Shown: one piece after another, positions 28,353-39,697 of the stretch
Numbering within the stretch: the stretch's first letter is position 1
How the letters are laid out: each line of letters begins with the position of its first letter
DNA from: an uncultured Verrucomicrobiae bacterium
GTDB lineage: Bacteria; Verrucomicrobiota; Verrucomicrobiia; Chthoniobacterales; UBA10450
Length of the DNA stretch: 64,000 bases
Direction: 5' to 3'
Assembly (NCBI GenBank): GCA_963772365.1
Contig: CAVYXA010000003.1
Location: 544,001 to 608,000 of the forward strand
Position numbers and translations under genes: made by a program
Notes under the pieces: model-generated
What the model saw: only the letters and a program-made list of their open reading frames with translations
What the model was told of the DNA's origin: nothing
Databases searched by the model: none

Positions 28353-29332
28353 GGGAAATCACATATCGTCAGGCGTTGAATGAAGCGCTCGCCGAAGAGC
28401 TCGAGCGCGATCCCAATGTCTTTCTGATGGGCGAAGAAGTGGCCGAATATCACGGCGCTTACAAAGTCAGCCAAGGTTTGCTGGAACGGTTTGGAGCTAA
28501 CCGCATCATCGACACCCCGATTAGCGAAAACGGATTCGCCGGTTTGGGGATCGGTGCGGCCATGGTTGGGCTCCGGCCAGTGATCGAGTTTATGACATTC
28601 AGCTTTTCGTTAGTCGCGTTCGATCAGGTCGTGAACAATGCGCCGAATATGTTCATGATGTCGGGCGGACAATTCAATATCCCGATCACGTTTCGTGGCC
28701 CAAACGGCCCGGCCCACCAACTCGCAGCCACGCATTCGCACGCGACCGAGAATTTTTTTGCAAGCGTGCCCGGCTTGAAAGTATGCACGCCGGCGACACC
28801 GCGCGACGCCAAGGGTCTCCTCAAGACCGCGATTCGTGATGATAATCCCGTGCTCGTTCTCGAAGCTGAGCTTCTTTACAGCTCCAAGGGGATGGTCGAG
28901 CCGCCGGATGAAGAGTTACTCATTCCGCTGGGCCAGGCGGAGATCAAGCGTGAAGGCAGCGATGTCTCGCTTATTTGTTATGCCCAAACAGTTCATCTGG
29001 CCATTGCCGTGGCGGTTCAGCTCGAAGAGGAAGATATTTCCGCTGAAATTGTCGATCTTCGGTCGATCAAACCGCTCGATGAACAGACGATTTACAATTC
29101 TATTTCCAAAACCCATCGAGCCGTGATCGTCGAGCAGGATCGGCCATTTTGCGGTGTGGGCGCCGAAATTTCTTATCGGATCCAAAAAAACATCTTTGAT
29201 GAGCTCGACGCTCCCATCATGCGCGTATCACAAGAAGATGTGCCGATCCCTTACAACGAGCGCCTGGAAAAATTCGTTTTGCCGAATGCCGATAAATTGA
29301 TGTCCGCAGTGAAGAAGGTCTGTTATGCGTGA
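28349..29332 (+). CDS. pdhB: Pyruvate dehydrogenase E1 beta
   Basis: GEEVAEYHGAYKVS, DTPISE, DAKGLLKTAIRDDNPV. Confidence 0.96.
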   Translation: MREITYRQALNEALAEELERDPNVFLMGEEVAEYHGAYKVSQGLLERFGANRIIDTPISENGFAGLGIGAAMVGLRPVIEFMTFSFSLVAFDQVVNNAPNMFMMSGGQFNIPITFRGPNGPAHQLAATHSHATENFFASVPGLKVCTPATPRDAKGLLKTAIRDDNPVLVLEAELLYSSKGMVEPPDEELLIPLGQAEIKREGSDVSLICYAQTVHLAIAVAVQLEEEDISAEIVDLRSIKPLDEQTIYNSISKTHRAVIVEQDRPFCGVGAEISYRIQKNIFDELDAPIMRVSQEDVPIPYNERLEKFVLPNADKLMSAVKKVCYA

Positions 29333-29336
29333 AGCA

Positions 29337-29410
29337 TTGAAAGGGTTACATGGTTGAAAAGTTGAATGGGGTTCCTTTTTAACCGTTCAACTCTTTAACG
29401 ATTTAACTTT
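29337..29410. repeat. Degenerate octamer repeats in inverted arrangement
   Basis: GTTACATG GTTGAAAA GTTGAATG followed by TTTAAC/TTCAAC units at 8-nt period; similar block at 39698-39772. Confidence 0.7.
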
Positions 29411-29416
29411 CCTGCC

Positions 29417-30739
29417 ATGCCTGAAATTCAAATGCCCAAGCTGAGCGACACGATGACGGAGGGCACTCTCGTTTCGTGGAAGAAAAAGAAGGGCGACAAA
29501 GTTTCAGCGGGTGAAGTGCTGGCCGAGATCGAAACCGACAAGGCGACGATGGAATGGGAATCGCCCGATGACGGCACGCTAACGGAAATCTATGTCGAGG
29601 AAGGCGGTAAGGTGAACGTCGGTGACAAGCTCGCCTTCATTCGTGAAGAAGGTGAAGAGGCGCCAAAGGAAAAGCCGGAAACGGAAGCCAAAGCCGAACC
29701 GAAAAAAGAAAAGCAAACTCAGAAGGAGACGGAGAAACCCGCACCGGCGGCGAAGATAGAAAAAGAAACCGCTCCGCCACAAGAGACAAAAGAAAAAGAA
29801 AAAAGCGCTGAACCGAAAAAGAAAGCTGCACCTGCCCCGCAGCCGAAGATCGATAGGGAGGAAGCGCGAGTGAAAGCCTCGCCGGTGGCGCGTCGTATTG
29901 CAGCCGAGCTCGGAGTGGATCTCGGTTCTGTGAAAGGCACGGGGCCGGAAGGTCGCGTGACTGAGACGGATGTCCGCGCGGCGGGGAAAAGCCGGACCGC
30001 TTACGCAGAGCCGCGATCAGCGCCCGCGGCTACCGCAAAGTCGGGTGAAGGCGCGCGGATTCAACTTTCGGGAATGCGCAAGATTATTGCGCAGCGTTTG
30101 AGTGAGAGTCTCGGACCGGTCCCGCATTTTTATCTCAGCATCGACATCAATGCCGGTCCGCTCATGGCCGCTCGTGAAGAATTGAAAGCGGCTGGAGAAG
30201 AAAACGACGCATCGAAAATTACAGTTAACGATTTCGTCCTCAAAGCAGCGGTCATGGCAGCGGTAGAAGTTCCCCGGGTCAACGCCTCCTTCGATGGGGA
30301 CGCTTTTGTGCAATATGCGGATGTCGATCTTGGGATCGCAGTGGCGATTGAGGAGGGACTGCTCACGCCCGTGATTCGCTCCGCCCAAAACAAATCACTG
30401 CGCGAAATCAGCGCGCTGGCAAAAGATCTCGCAGGTCGCGCTCGCAACAAGCGGATGAAACCGGAGGAATTTCAGGGTGGGACGTTCACCGTCTCCAATC
30501 TCGGGGGAATGGGGATCGACAGTTTCTCGGCAGTGATTAACCCGCCGCAGGGTTTCATCCTGGCCGTTGGCAAAATTACGAAAGTCCCGGTTGTGGACGA
30601 TTGCGACCAAATCATTGTTGGCCATCGAATGTCGATCACGATGAGTTGCGATCATCGGGTCATCGATGGCGCGCTCGGCGCGGAATATCTGAAAGAACTT
30701 CGCCGGCTGCTCGAGAATCCAGCGCTGCTGATGGTGTGA
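29417..30739 (+). CDS. pdhC: Dihydrolipoamide acetyltransferase E2 (single lipoyl domain)
   Basis: ETDKATME lipoyl-Lys, KASPVARR, GTGPEGR, DHRVIDG. Confidence 0.96.
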   Translation: MPEIQMPKLSDTMTEGTLVSWKKKKGDKVSAGEVLAEIETDKATMEWESPDDGTLTEIYVEEGGKVNVGDKLAFIREEGEEAPKEKPETEAKAEPKKEKQTQKETEKPAPAAKIEKETAPPQETKEKEKSAEPKKKAAPAPQPKIDREEARVKASPVARRIAAELGVDLGSVKGTGPEGRVTETDVRAAGKSRTAYAEPRSAPAATAKSGEGARIQLSGMRKIIAQRLSESLGPVPHFYLSIDINAGPLMAAREELKAAGEENDASKITVNDFVLKAAVMAAVEVPRVNASFDGDAFVQYADVDLGIAVAIEEGLLTPVIRSAQNKSLREISALAKDLAGRARNKRMKPEEFQGGTFTVSNLGGMGIDSFSAVINPPQGFILAVGKITKVPVVDDCDQIIVGHRMSITMSCDHRVIDGALGAEYLKELRRLLENPALLMV

Positions 30740-30741
30740 AG

Positions 30742-31209
30742 CTAATCGCCGCAGGTTTCCCAAATCATGAAATCGTCCAGCGCGCGTTTTGTGCTGAGAA
30801 CCGCAAACTCGACCACGGCGGCGTCATCGACGAAGCCGAGAAATGGGACTTCATCGGGAATGAGATCGAATGGATCCATCAAGTAGTTCAGAGCAGCGAT
30901 GATCGGTAGGAGCGCGTTTTCGGAGGCGCCGCTGTATTGGTTGCGATAATAGGCCTTGGTGAAACGCAGCATGGTTTGGAGATACGCCCAGTTCTCGCCA
31001 AACGGCTCTTTCGGCACCGAGGCGGCTTTTTTCGCAGCCTCCTCGACAAGCCGGTGCAAGCGGTCACGGTCATTGACGAACAAGTGTGCCCGCTGCACCG
31101 CACGGGCGAAGGCGTCGCTTCGGAGCGCCGCTTTGGCATGACCCAGTTCTGTTCGAGTCCGCTGTGCAGCTCGCTTTGGCTTGGGCAACTTCTTTTTCGC
31201 ACTCTTCAT
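30742..31209 (-). CDS. YkvA/DUF1232 family protein
   Basis: ALNYLMDPFDLIPDEVPFLGFVDD. Confidence 0.88.
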   Translation of the reverse strand: MKSAKKKLPKPKRAAQRTRTELGHAKAALRSDAFARAVQRAHLFVNDRDRLHRLVEEAAKKAASVPKEPFGENWAYLQTMLRFTKAYYRNQYSGASENALLPIIAALNYLMDPFDLIPDEVPFLGFVDDAAVVEFAVLSTKRALDDFMIWETCGD

Positions 31210-31265
31210 CGTGGTTTATGAAAACATGTCGATCCACCGGTGAAAAGCCGATTGTGACGGGATCC

Positions 31266-31365
31266 GGCAAGCGGAGCGCTTGCCCTACAATGATCGTGAC
31301 TCGCGCGAGGTCATTTTGGGTCAGTGGAATATGTTGGAATTGTAGGGCAGGCGCATCGCCTGCCC
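31266..31365. repeat. Two GTAG REPs of one family with GTAG ends facing each other
   Basis: GGCAAGCGGAGCGCTTGCCCTACA (31266-31289) and TGTAGGGCAGGCGCATCGCCTGCCC (31341-31365). Confidence 0.82.
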
Positions 31366-31400
31366 GGCGGGCTGATTCAAAACTGCTGGAAAATGTGTCG

Positions 31401-32420
31401 CTATGGTTTTGTTGCCAAAACCAGCGGCGAGGGACCAGGGGCTTTGAGTTTGCGAACTTTTTTGAAACCCGCTTGTTCGAGCCAGCTCTTGATCTCGTTG
31501 AAACTGAATGTGTCGCCCCGCTCGCTGTGCATCAGCATGTTAACCGCAAACAGTAATCCATTCGGCGGGCCGGTGCGGTCGTCTTTGACCAGCCATTCTC
31601 CTATCGCGATTGTTCCGCCGGATTTTAGCGCCCGGAAAACTTTCTTTAACAATTTGGGGCTGCGTTCTTCGCCTTCAGTGTGAAGGATGTGGCCTAACGT
31701 CGCAACATCGTAGCCACTACCGAAATCGGCTTCGGACACATCGCCCTCGATGTAATCAAAGCGATTCGCGACCCCGAACTTCTGAGTGATACGTTTCGTC
31801 GTCGGAATCATTGCCGCCCAGTCCTGGGCCGTAACGCGAACCTGTTGCGATTGCTGGGCCAAGGCGATTCCCCAAATCCCGGAGCCAGCTGCAATATCGA
31901 GCACGCGTATCGGCCTGTGCGCTTTTTTCAAACCGAGCGAATCTCCCAGTGCCGCAGCTGCCGGATAGCTCATGGGAATGATGTTTTCCACCAGCGCGGA
32001 AAAGAATTCCGGGCCGTACTTCTCCTGGTTCAGCGCCACCGACGGCTTGCCTGTCCGAACAGTCTCGCTGAGATGCAGCCAATCCGGTATAAGGTGAGTG
32101 CTGTTCATCGCAAAAAATCCGGCGAGCGAGCCAGGCTTATTACTAAGCAGGAATCCCTGGCTTTCCGGTGTGAGCGAATATTTGCCCTGCCGATCTTTTT
32201 TCAGCAGCTCGAGACCAACCAGCGCGTTTGCGACGGCACGCAGTCCCCGCTTCGACGCCCCGGTCGAGTTGCTAAGCTCATTCACCGTTTTCGGGCCGCT
32301 CTCCAACGCGTCAAACAATCTATTGCTGACTGCTGCGCCCACGATGATTGGCGGCGCATAGGCAAATCCCAACTGCATTAGACGTTCCGGCGTGACTTCT
32401 TTTCTCTTTCGTTTCTTCAT
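31401..32420 (-). CDS. SAM-dependent O-methyltransferase with N-terminal dimerisation/wHTH domain
   Basis: VLDIAAGSG, ILH, ALKSGG, WLEQAGF. Confidence 0.9.
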   Translation of the reverse strand: MKKRKRKEVTPERLMQLGFAYAPPIIVGAAVSNRLFDALESGPKTVNELSNSTGASKRGLRAVANALVGLELLKKDRQGKYSLTPESQGFLLSNKPGSLAGFFAMNSTHLIPDWLHLSETVRTGKPSVALNQEKYGPEFFSALVENIIPMSYPAAAALGDSLGLKKAHRPIRVLDIAAGSGIWGIALAQQSQQVRVTAQDWAAMIPTTKRITQKFGVANRFDYIEGDVSEADFGSGYDVATLGHILHTEGEERSPKLLKKVFRALKSGGTIAIGEWLVKDDRTGPPNGLLFAVNMLMHSERGDTFSFNEIKSWLEQAGFKKVRKLKAPGPSPLVLATKP

Positions 32421-32508
32421 TGCGATAATCAAGTAAGGCAAACTTCCCACGGGCGCGACCGGCAGATGTTCTTGCGCAAAATCTGCGACTCAGCGAGCAT
32501 CCGTCATT

Positions 32509-32859
32509 GTGGCAACCGAGGCGAAAGAAAAGTCTCTGCGGCGTGTCTCATTCATTATCCACGCTACACGGGGCATCATTCGCGACCAGAAGGCGCGCCG
32601 CCGAACGATGCTCGGTTTGGTCGCAATCGCCCTCGTGCTGATCGTCGCAGGATCGACATTCTTGCAAAGTTCGCTCAATCCCCGCGAGCATCCGCTTGGG
32701 TTTCTCGTGTTCTGGATTATTTGCGGTTGGGTGACGTTCTCGGCCCTGCTGCTGGCCATTTTTGATTTGGTGATGGTAAGACTCGAAGTGCATCGATCGC
32801 AACGTGCCCTGCGGGAAGATTTGAAAAACAACTCGCCGGGATCGACGACCGACGAATAA
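32509..32859 (+). CDS. Hypothetical two-TM membrane protein
   Basis: Two hydrophobic segments; tightly upstream of dgt. Confidence 0.7.
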   Translation: MATEAKEKSLRRVSFIIHATRGIIRDQKARRRTMLGLVAIALVLIVAGSTFLQSSLNPREHPLGFLVFWIICGWVTFSALLLAIFDLVMVRLEVHRSQRALREDLKNNSPGSTTDE

Positions 32860-32866
32860 TCGCCGC

Positions 32867-34003
32867 GTGAGCCAAAGTTGGAGAACACGCGAGCAAATGG
32901 AAGCAGGGGAGCGCGCTGTGCTCGCGCCCTTTGCCCAGAAGTCGGGAGACTCGCGAGGAAGAAAATATCCGGAACCGAGCCACGCTTTCCGCACGGAATT
33001 TCAACGTGACCGGGCGCGCATCATTCATTCCCGCGCGTTCCGCCGTTTGGAATATAAGACGCAGGTGTTCTTGAATGGAACGGGCGATCACTTGCGCACG
33101 CGATTGACTCACTCGATCGAAGTCGCGTCGGTGAGCCGGACAATCGCGCGAGCGCTCTCATTGAACGAGGACCTGGCCGAGGCAATCGCGCTGGCCCACG
33201 ATCTCGGGCATTCGCCATTCGGACATTCGGGCGAAGAAATGCTGGCGGAATGCATGGTCGACCACGGCGGATTCGATCATAACAAGCAGAGCCTGCGAGT
33301 AGTCGAGCTACTCGAAAATCCGTATCCGATTTTCCGGGGCTGAATCTTACCTTCGAAGTGCGCGAAGGATTAAGGAAGACCGATCGGATTTATGAAACGA
33401 CTACAGGTGAGCGATATCATTCTCCCTCATTGGAAGCGCAGATCGCGGATCTCTCTGATGAGATCACCTATTACAGCCACGATCTGGATGATGCATTGAA
33501 TTTCGAGATTCTGAGTCCGGAGCAACTGGAGGAGACGCGGTTTGGCGGCGAAGCCATCGTAATGTCGTTGACCCGTATTCCCGGGTCCACGAACCTGAGC
33601 TGCACAAACTAATCATTCGCGACATCATCGACACGGAAGTGCGCGATTTGGTCGAGGCAAGCGCGAAATCGATCCGGATGCCGGTGTTCAAAGCGCCGAC
33701 GAAGTGCGCCATCAGTCGGTGCTGCTCATCCGCCACAGTGATGAAATGGCAGAGGCGAATCGCGCGCTCAGAAAATTTTTATACGCGAACGTTTATTATC
33801 ATCCTCGCGTGGCCGAGGTAAACCAGCGTGCCTGCGAAATGCTACGAGCCGTTTTTGAAAGATACATTGTCGATCCTGTGCGATTGGGCGACACTGCTGC
33901 GCGGCGGATCGAAAAGGAAGGATTGCATCGGACCGTATGCGATTACATCGCCGGGATGACCGACCGATACTTGATAGAAGAGTACGAGCGGCTCAAGGTC
34001 TGA
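32867..34003 (+). CDS. dgt: dGTP triphosphohydrolase (HD family); several frameshifts 33330-33700
   Basis: [54 protein letters not shown]. Confidence 0.92.
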
Positions 34004-36885
34004 CTATCGCCGCTCCGAACTAGCCGGCGGACGAAAACCGAATTCGGCCTGTAGATCTCCCCAAAGCCAGTCCACGAACCGATCTTTGCGAATCGATACT
34101 GGGATCCTGGCCGCGGCGAGCCCTCGGCCTTGTCCACATCCCCATTCACACAATAAAGATAAATGAGGAGAAAAAGGTCGTTCAATTGGAAAAGCCGCGT
34201 CGATTGTTCCTGTTCCAGAAGTTGAATCGCGCCAGCAAGATTCGCGTCGGCTAGGGCTCCAGCGATCAGGTCGCGCGAGATGTCAGTGGGGCAAGAGATT
34301 CCGGCGATTTGCGGGCGGCTCGTTCGGCCAAAGCGAGGCGAAATCATCGGTATCTTCCGTAGCCAGGACTGGGGTGCGCAGGAGGGTATATCGAAGGTAA
34401 AGGTCGAGTTCGGCTAGCCAATTGCTTCCCGTCATCTCCGATTGGTATCGCGTTTCCCGGACTCCAAAAAAGAGGTCGAGCGATTTTTTCCAGTCGTCAG
34501 GCCAAATCTGATGAATTAGGGCAGAAGTAGAAAATCGATTGAGTGCGGCGTGTCGTTGCATGTAATGAAACCAAATTTGAACGCGGCATCGAAATCGGGG
34601 GGCGCGTCGCTGAGCCGTTTGGGTGAAAATCGTCAGAGGATCGACGCTTTCGTAAGATGACCGATTTCGTCGCCATCCATGAGGAATAAAGCTGACATTT
34701 GATCCGGGACTTCCACGCCAATACGACGCAAATCGGCGGCCGTTTCCGGATCGCTCCAGAGTCTCCGCGCGAGAGCATCGTTAGGTTTTGGCAGCGGCGG
34801 TTTAATCCCGACCATAATCCACTCCAAATCGTTGGTGGCCCAAACCGAAGCGTTTGGAAAAACGTTGTGGAATGCGCGGAGGATCGCTTTGACGTCATGG
34901 ATTTGGAATCTGGTAAAGCGGCAACCAATAGCTCACGATGCCGCCTTCTTTCAGCCGCCCTTTCACGAGCGAAAAAATTCTTCCGTGTAAAGATTGACCG
35001 TGCCGAGCGATTTCAGCGGAGGCGGTTCGCCTGTGATAATGTCGTATTGCTTCGGACAGGATTGAAGGAAAAAACGCCCATCTTGCACAAATGTCGTCAC
35101 GCGTGGGTCTCGCAGGGGATTGTCGAACCCCGCGCCGGTGTATGAATCGGCAAGCCCGAATACTTCGCGCGAAATATCCACAACATCGAGATGCCGGAGA
35201 TTGCGGTCGCGCGTCAATGCATCAGCCGTGACACCGACTCCGTAACAAATAAGCAATGCCTCCTTGCTTTGTGGGCGAATAGCCAGCGGCAAATATGCAA
35301 ATAAACGCATGTAGCGCTGGCTGCGCGGTTGCGTGGCCGACATGGAATAGGAATTCGTGACCAGCCGATAGTAGTAGGGCCCGGCGGGCAGATCGCGGCG
35401 CAGCAATTGAAACGTGTCTGCCGTTCCTTCGATCGTTCGGACCAACTTCGATCCATCACGTTCGTAAGTTTTGCGCGCATTCGCAAAGTGCAATTCGTCA
35501 CGGTGATATGGGAAGATCGACAGGACCAGAACGACAATGGCGGCGAGCCCGATAGTGAGCACTTGCAGACGCTTACGAACGGCGATGCCCGCCAGCGCAG
35601 CGTAGAGACTCGCAAATATTATCAGGCTTGTTTGAAATCCAAAGTGCGGCACAAAAACAAAGCCGGCCAGCAGCGGACCGCAGGCCGCGCCGATCGTGTT
35701 CCAAAGTATCGTTAGGCCAGCGCTGTTCATGCGACCGATCCCCTCCGATTGCACTGATGCCACGATCGTGGGCAGCAAAATCCCAGAGAGACAGGCGACC
35801 GGGAACATTAACGCCACAGAAACCAGCCCAATCTGTTGCCACGCGCGGATGTCGAAGGATGTTTTATCCCAAGGCGTGGCCGGAATTGGAAAAAATATGT
35901 AGGATAGAAGAGTCGGGATGGCTGCGAGCAACAGCAGCGCCGGAAGCAATTGTCGATTTCGCTGGAATCGGATGGACAGCACGCTCGAAAGAATCCCGCC
36001 AAGGCCGATTCCTCCCAGAACAACGGCGAGCATGACGGCGAACGCGATTGATGAAGATGCGACGTACAGCCGCAGGAACCGGAACCAAACGACTTCCAGC
36101 GCGAGAAATGCCAACCCTGTTCCCGCGCTAACAAATAGCAATTTCCACGGAATCGTCTTCGCTTCCAACAACTCAGGACCGGCGACTGTCGATCTTGTTT
36201 TTTGGATGGAAGCGATCAGCGCCAGGCTAGCGGCGAGACAGCAGATTGCGCCAGCAGCGAGGCCGGTGCCGAATAGTCCCCACAATCGAATCAGGATTGT
36301 CTCGCCGAGCAGGGAACCGGCGACTGCTCCGAGCGTATTGAATCCATAAAAGAGGCCAATAGTCCGACCGAATTCGAATTGGCGGACCAGCGGATCCTCG
36401 ACGAGCACCGGCAATGTCAGTCCCATTGCAGTTGTCGGGACTAGTAGAATCAAAAAGGCGAAGCAAAACCGGAGGCTGTTAAGAAATTCCTGATGGGTCC
36501 AGAGCGCCTGAAAAAGCGGGCGAAGCCATAGTCCAATGGCGGGAATGACAAAGACGAGCGTGCAGCCAAAGGTCGCGACGATTAATTCCAATCCAGCATA
36601 GATCCGGAGAGGCCTGGCAATTCGCAATTTCCAGCGCGCGGCGATCGCGCTGCCCACCGCCAGACCTGCCATGAAGCTCGACAAAACGAGCGCAGCCGAC
36701 CAAACGGAATTGCCGAAGGCAAGTCCGCTCAGGCGCAGCCACAGAGTTTCAAAAAGGAGTGCGCTGCATCCCGAGAGAAAGAGAATGAGCGAGATAAGGA
36801 GGACACGCAGGGATGGGCGATGGAGAGTCCGGTGCCCGACGCTCAATTCAGGTTCAACAGACGTGGGATGTTGGGCCTTGAGCAT
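33943..36885 (-). CDS. Fused membrane/spermidine synthase-like protein; frameshifted 3' third, end approximate
   Basis: LSGCSALLFETLW, YGFNTLGAVAG, ICYGVGVT, DGRFFL, YDIITGEPPP, NLYTEEFF; downstream fragments in other minus frames. Confidence 0.82.
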
Positions 36886-36901
36886 GGGCGCGTTGAGATT
36901 T

Positions 36902-37513
36902 TTATTCGCTACGGTTTTCGTCTCGCAGGTACCGAATCACGAGACGAAGCCGATCGTTGACTGAAAGTTCTTCCAGCACTCGTTGCCGGCGAAGAGGATC
37001 GTTGACGAATGTTGATGCAATCAAATCGGCCAGCATTTCGGGATCGTTCAGATCGGAGAGATACTGATCCACTTTCGGCGGCAGTTTGCGGTCGCTTCCT
37101 TTAAACTGCGCATAAAGCTCAAGCACTTTTGTTCCGAGCGCATCGGTTTCAACCGTTGATTTCGCCTCGGTTTTCAGTCGATCGATCGTTGCAATCGGGA
37201 ACGGCGCTTCCTGTTCGAATCCGGTAAAACGGACGCGATCGAGTCCCTGAAGAATAAGGTTCGACGTACCATCGCCGCGCTCGACACAGGCCCGAATCAA
37301 TCCAACGCTTGCAACGTGAAAGAAATCTTCCGCCGCGAGCCATTCCGGGCAGCTCGGTTTGATCAAAGTCACACAGAACATCCGGTGATGCCGAAGCGCA
37401 TGCTCGAGCATGTCGCGATAGCGCGACTCGAAAATGTAAAGCGGCAGCAGTGCGCGAGGGAAAAGCACCGCGCCCGGCAACGGCATTACTGGCACCTGCT
37501 CGGGAAGTGTCAT
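36902..37513 (-). CDS. LON peptidase substrate-binding domain protein
   Basis: PVMPLPGAVLFP..LLPLYIFESRY; ATG overlaps the aroD stop. Confidence 0.88.
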   Translation of the reverse strand: MTLPEQVPVMPLPGAVLFPRALLPLYIFESRYRDMLEHALRHHRMFCVTLIKPSCPEWLAAEDFFHVASVGLIRACVERGDGTSNLILQGLDRVRFTGFEQEAPFPIATIDRLKTEAKSTVETDALGTKVLELYAQFKGSDRKLPPKVDQYLSDLNDPEMLADLIASTFVNDPLRRQRVLEELSVNDRLRLVIRYLRDENRSE

Positions 37514-38259
37514 ACGTAAAAAGTTGAATGCCGGACGCGGCTCGTCCACCGCCGAATTTCACAAAGTATGGGTTGCCCTGCCATCGTCGTCCGATCCATG
37601 CCGGCATAATTCAGAACCGATCCTTTTCCCATCAACTGGCGGCGCGCTTTCACCCCGAGCTTCCCGATCCCGAGCAAGCTTAGCGGTAGATCGACACTTT
37701 TATCTTCGATGAAATCAAGAAGTCGGTTCACTTGTTCCAGCGTGTCGGTGCGGCTGGCGACTTTGAAGATATCGGCGCCAAGAGCTTTTGCGCGGCGGGC
37801 CATGGCACACAAGCTGCGCAGGTCAGGCGTGGAGTGAAAATCATGAACCGAGATGATGATTCGGATATTTCTGTCACGCGCCTGATCGACGACTGTTTGG
37901 AGGTGTTCGATCGAACGCAGCTCCACATCGACATACGTTGCTCGCGGCAAGAACCGCAGAAGCAATTCGCCGCGCTTTTCGATCGAAAGCTGGCTTGCGC
38001 CACCTTCACGCGGATCTCGCGCGGTGATAATAAGGGGAGCGCCCAGGATCGACAATTTCGATTCGATCACATCGAGAATCTTCACGAGACAATCCAGGCG
38101 AAGCTCAAAAAGATCGGGCGGTCTTCGCAGTCGGATAGCATGATTGAGATCGGCCATCGAGGCGATCACTCCGACGATGCACCCGTGCCCCTGCAGGCCC
38201 TCATCCATTACAAAGGAATGCCCAGATCGCTGCGCTTTGACCGATCTGCGGGGTGCCAT
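37510..38259 (-). CDS. aroD: Type I 3-dehydroquinate dehydratase
   Basis: DLFELRLD, IITARDPREGG, VDVEL, ISVHDF.STP, GADIFKVA. Confidence 0.88.
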   Translation of the reverse strand: MAPRRSVKAQRSGHSFVMDEGLQGHGCIVGVIASMADLNHAIRLRRPPDLFELRLDCLVKILDVIESKLSILGAPLIITARDPREGGASQLSIEKRGELLLRFLPRATYVDVELRSIEHLQTVVDQARDRNIRIIISVHDFHSTPDLRSLCAMARRAKALGADIFKVASRTDTLEQVNRLLDFIEDKSVDLPLSLLGIGKLGVKARRQLMGKGSVLNYAGMDRTTMAGQPILCEIRRWTSRVRHSTFYV

Positions 38260-38302
38260 ATACTTGAGCCTTCCGGGAATTAGAGACCTGCTTTTCTAGC
38301 AC

Positions 38303-39694
38303 ATGCTCGCACGCAGTCAGGAATTTAACATACAACGTCAGCAAGTAATTGATGCTGTGGTGCTGGCCATCTCGCTGTGGATTGCGTACGTCCTGCGCAG
38401 CTTCAGCACGTATTGGTTTCACCTCGTCAATACGGTTGATGATTTCAAAAACTATCAATGGCTGCTGATCGTGATCATGCCGTTTGGCCCGATCTTCCTG
38501 GAGTTGCAGGGCTTCTATCAATCGCCGCTTGAGAAAACAAAGTGGAAATCGTTAGGCCAGATTATGCGGGCGATGGTCGGACTCGGAATCATGGTAGCGG
38601 CCGGCGCGTTTTTCCTGCGGCTCCCGCTCGTGAACCGATCGGTCCCGCTGCTCGCAATTTTCATTGCGACGCTCGCGCTATTAATAAAGGAAGAGATCAT
38701 CGTGGGCCGGATTCGACGCAAAGCGATGCGGGGCGAATTGCGCGAAGCGGTGCTGTTGGCCGGCGCTCCGGACGATATGGCTGCGCTGGAGAACTCGTTT
38801 ACGCAGGAGCAACAAATGTTGATGCACGTGGTCGGCAGGATCGACATCGATAACCAACCGCTTTCGGATTTGATCGAAGCGATGCATCGACATGCTGTAG
38901 CGCGGGTAATTTTTGCGGCCGGTCAGAGCCAGCTGAATCGTGTGGAGGCTGCCATCGGTGCCTGCGAAGTCGAAGGTGTATCCGCGTGGCTGGTGGCAGA
39001 CTTTATTCGGACTTCAATTGCAAAACCCGATTTCGACGCATTCGCTGGTCGGCCCATGCTCGTGTTTCGGTCAGCACCGGAAATTTCCTGGACGCTGTTG
39101 ATCAAAAATGTAATCGACAGAGTCGCTGCTTTTATCGCGTTGGTGATCCTGGCAATTCCAATTTCGATCGTTGCCATGATCATTCGCATTTCATCACCGG
39201 GGCCGGTGATTTTCCGGCAATGGCGCGCAGGCAAACACGGAAAACCGTTTGTGATGTACAAATTCCGATCGATGTACAGCGACGCGGAGATGAGACGTGC
39301 TGAGTTGGAGCCGTTTAATCAAATGCAGGGGCCGGTCTTTAAAGTTGAGGATGATCCCAGAGTGACACCGGTTGGCCGCTGGCTCCGGCGCACAAGCTTT
39401 GATGAGGTACCACAGTTGGTCAACGTGCTGATGGGGAACATGAGCCTAGTGGGTCCCCGCCCACTGCCCGTTTATGAAGTAGAGAAGTTCGAGAACACCG
39501 CTCAGCGGCGAAGACTCAGCGTCAAACCGGGATTGACTTGTCTATGGCAGATTAGCGGGCGTAATCAGGTGCGCGATTTTCGTGACTGGGTGAAACTCGA
39601 CCTCGATTACATTGATCACTGGTCACTCGGATTGGATTTTAAGATTCTGCTTCGAACGGTGCCGGCGGTGATCTTTGGTGCGGGCGCGAAATGA
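38303..39694 (+). CDS. Exopolysaccharide polyprenyl glycosylphosphotransferase (WcaJ-like)
   Basis: N-terminal TMs; KFRSM, DDPRVTPVG..LRRTSFDEVPQL.NVL.G.MSLVGPRP, KPGLT. Confidence 0.93.
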   Translation: MLARSQEFNIQRQQVIDAVVLAISLWIAYVLRSFSTYWFHLVNTVDDFKNYQWLLIVIMPFGPIFLELQGFYQSPLEKTKWKSLGQIMRAMVGLGIMVAAGAFFLRLPLVNRSVPLLAIFIATLALLIKEEIIVGRIRRKAMRGELREAVLLAGAPDDMAALENSFTQEQQMLMHVVGRIDIDNQPLSDLIEAMHRHAVARVIFAAGQSQLNRVEAAIGACEVEGVSAWLVADFIRTSIAKPDFDAFAGRPMLVFRSAPEISWTLLIKNVIDRVAAFIALVILAIPISIVAMIIRISSPGPVIFRQWRAGKHGKPFVMYKFRSMYSDAEMRRAELEPFNQMQGPVFKVEDDPRVTPVGRWLRRTSFDEVPQLVNVLMGNMSLVGPRPLPVYEVEKFENTAQRRRLSVKPGLTCLWQISGRNQVRDFRDWVKLDLDYIDHWSLGLDFKILLRTVPAVIFGAGAK

Positions 39695-39697
39695 GTT

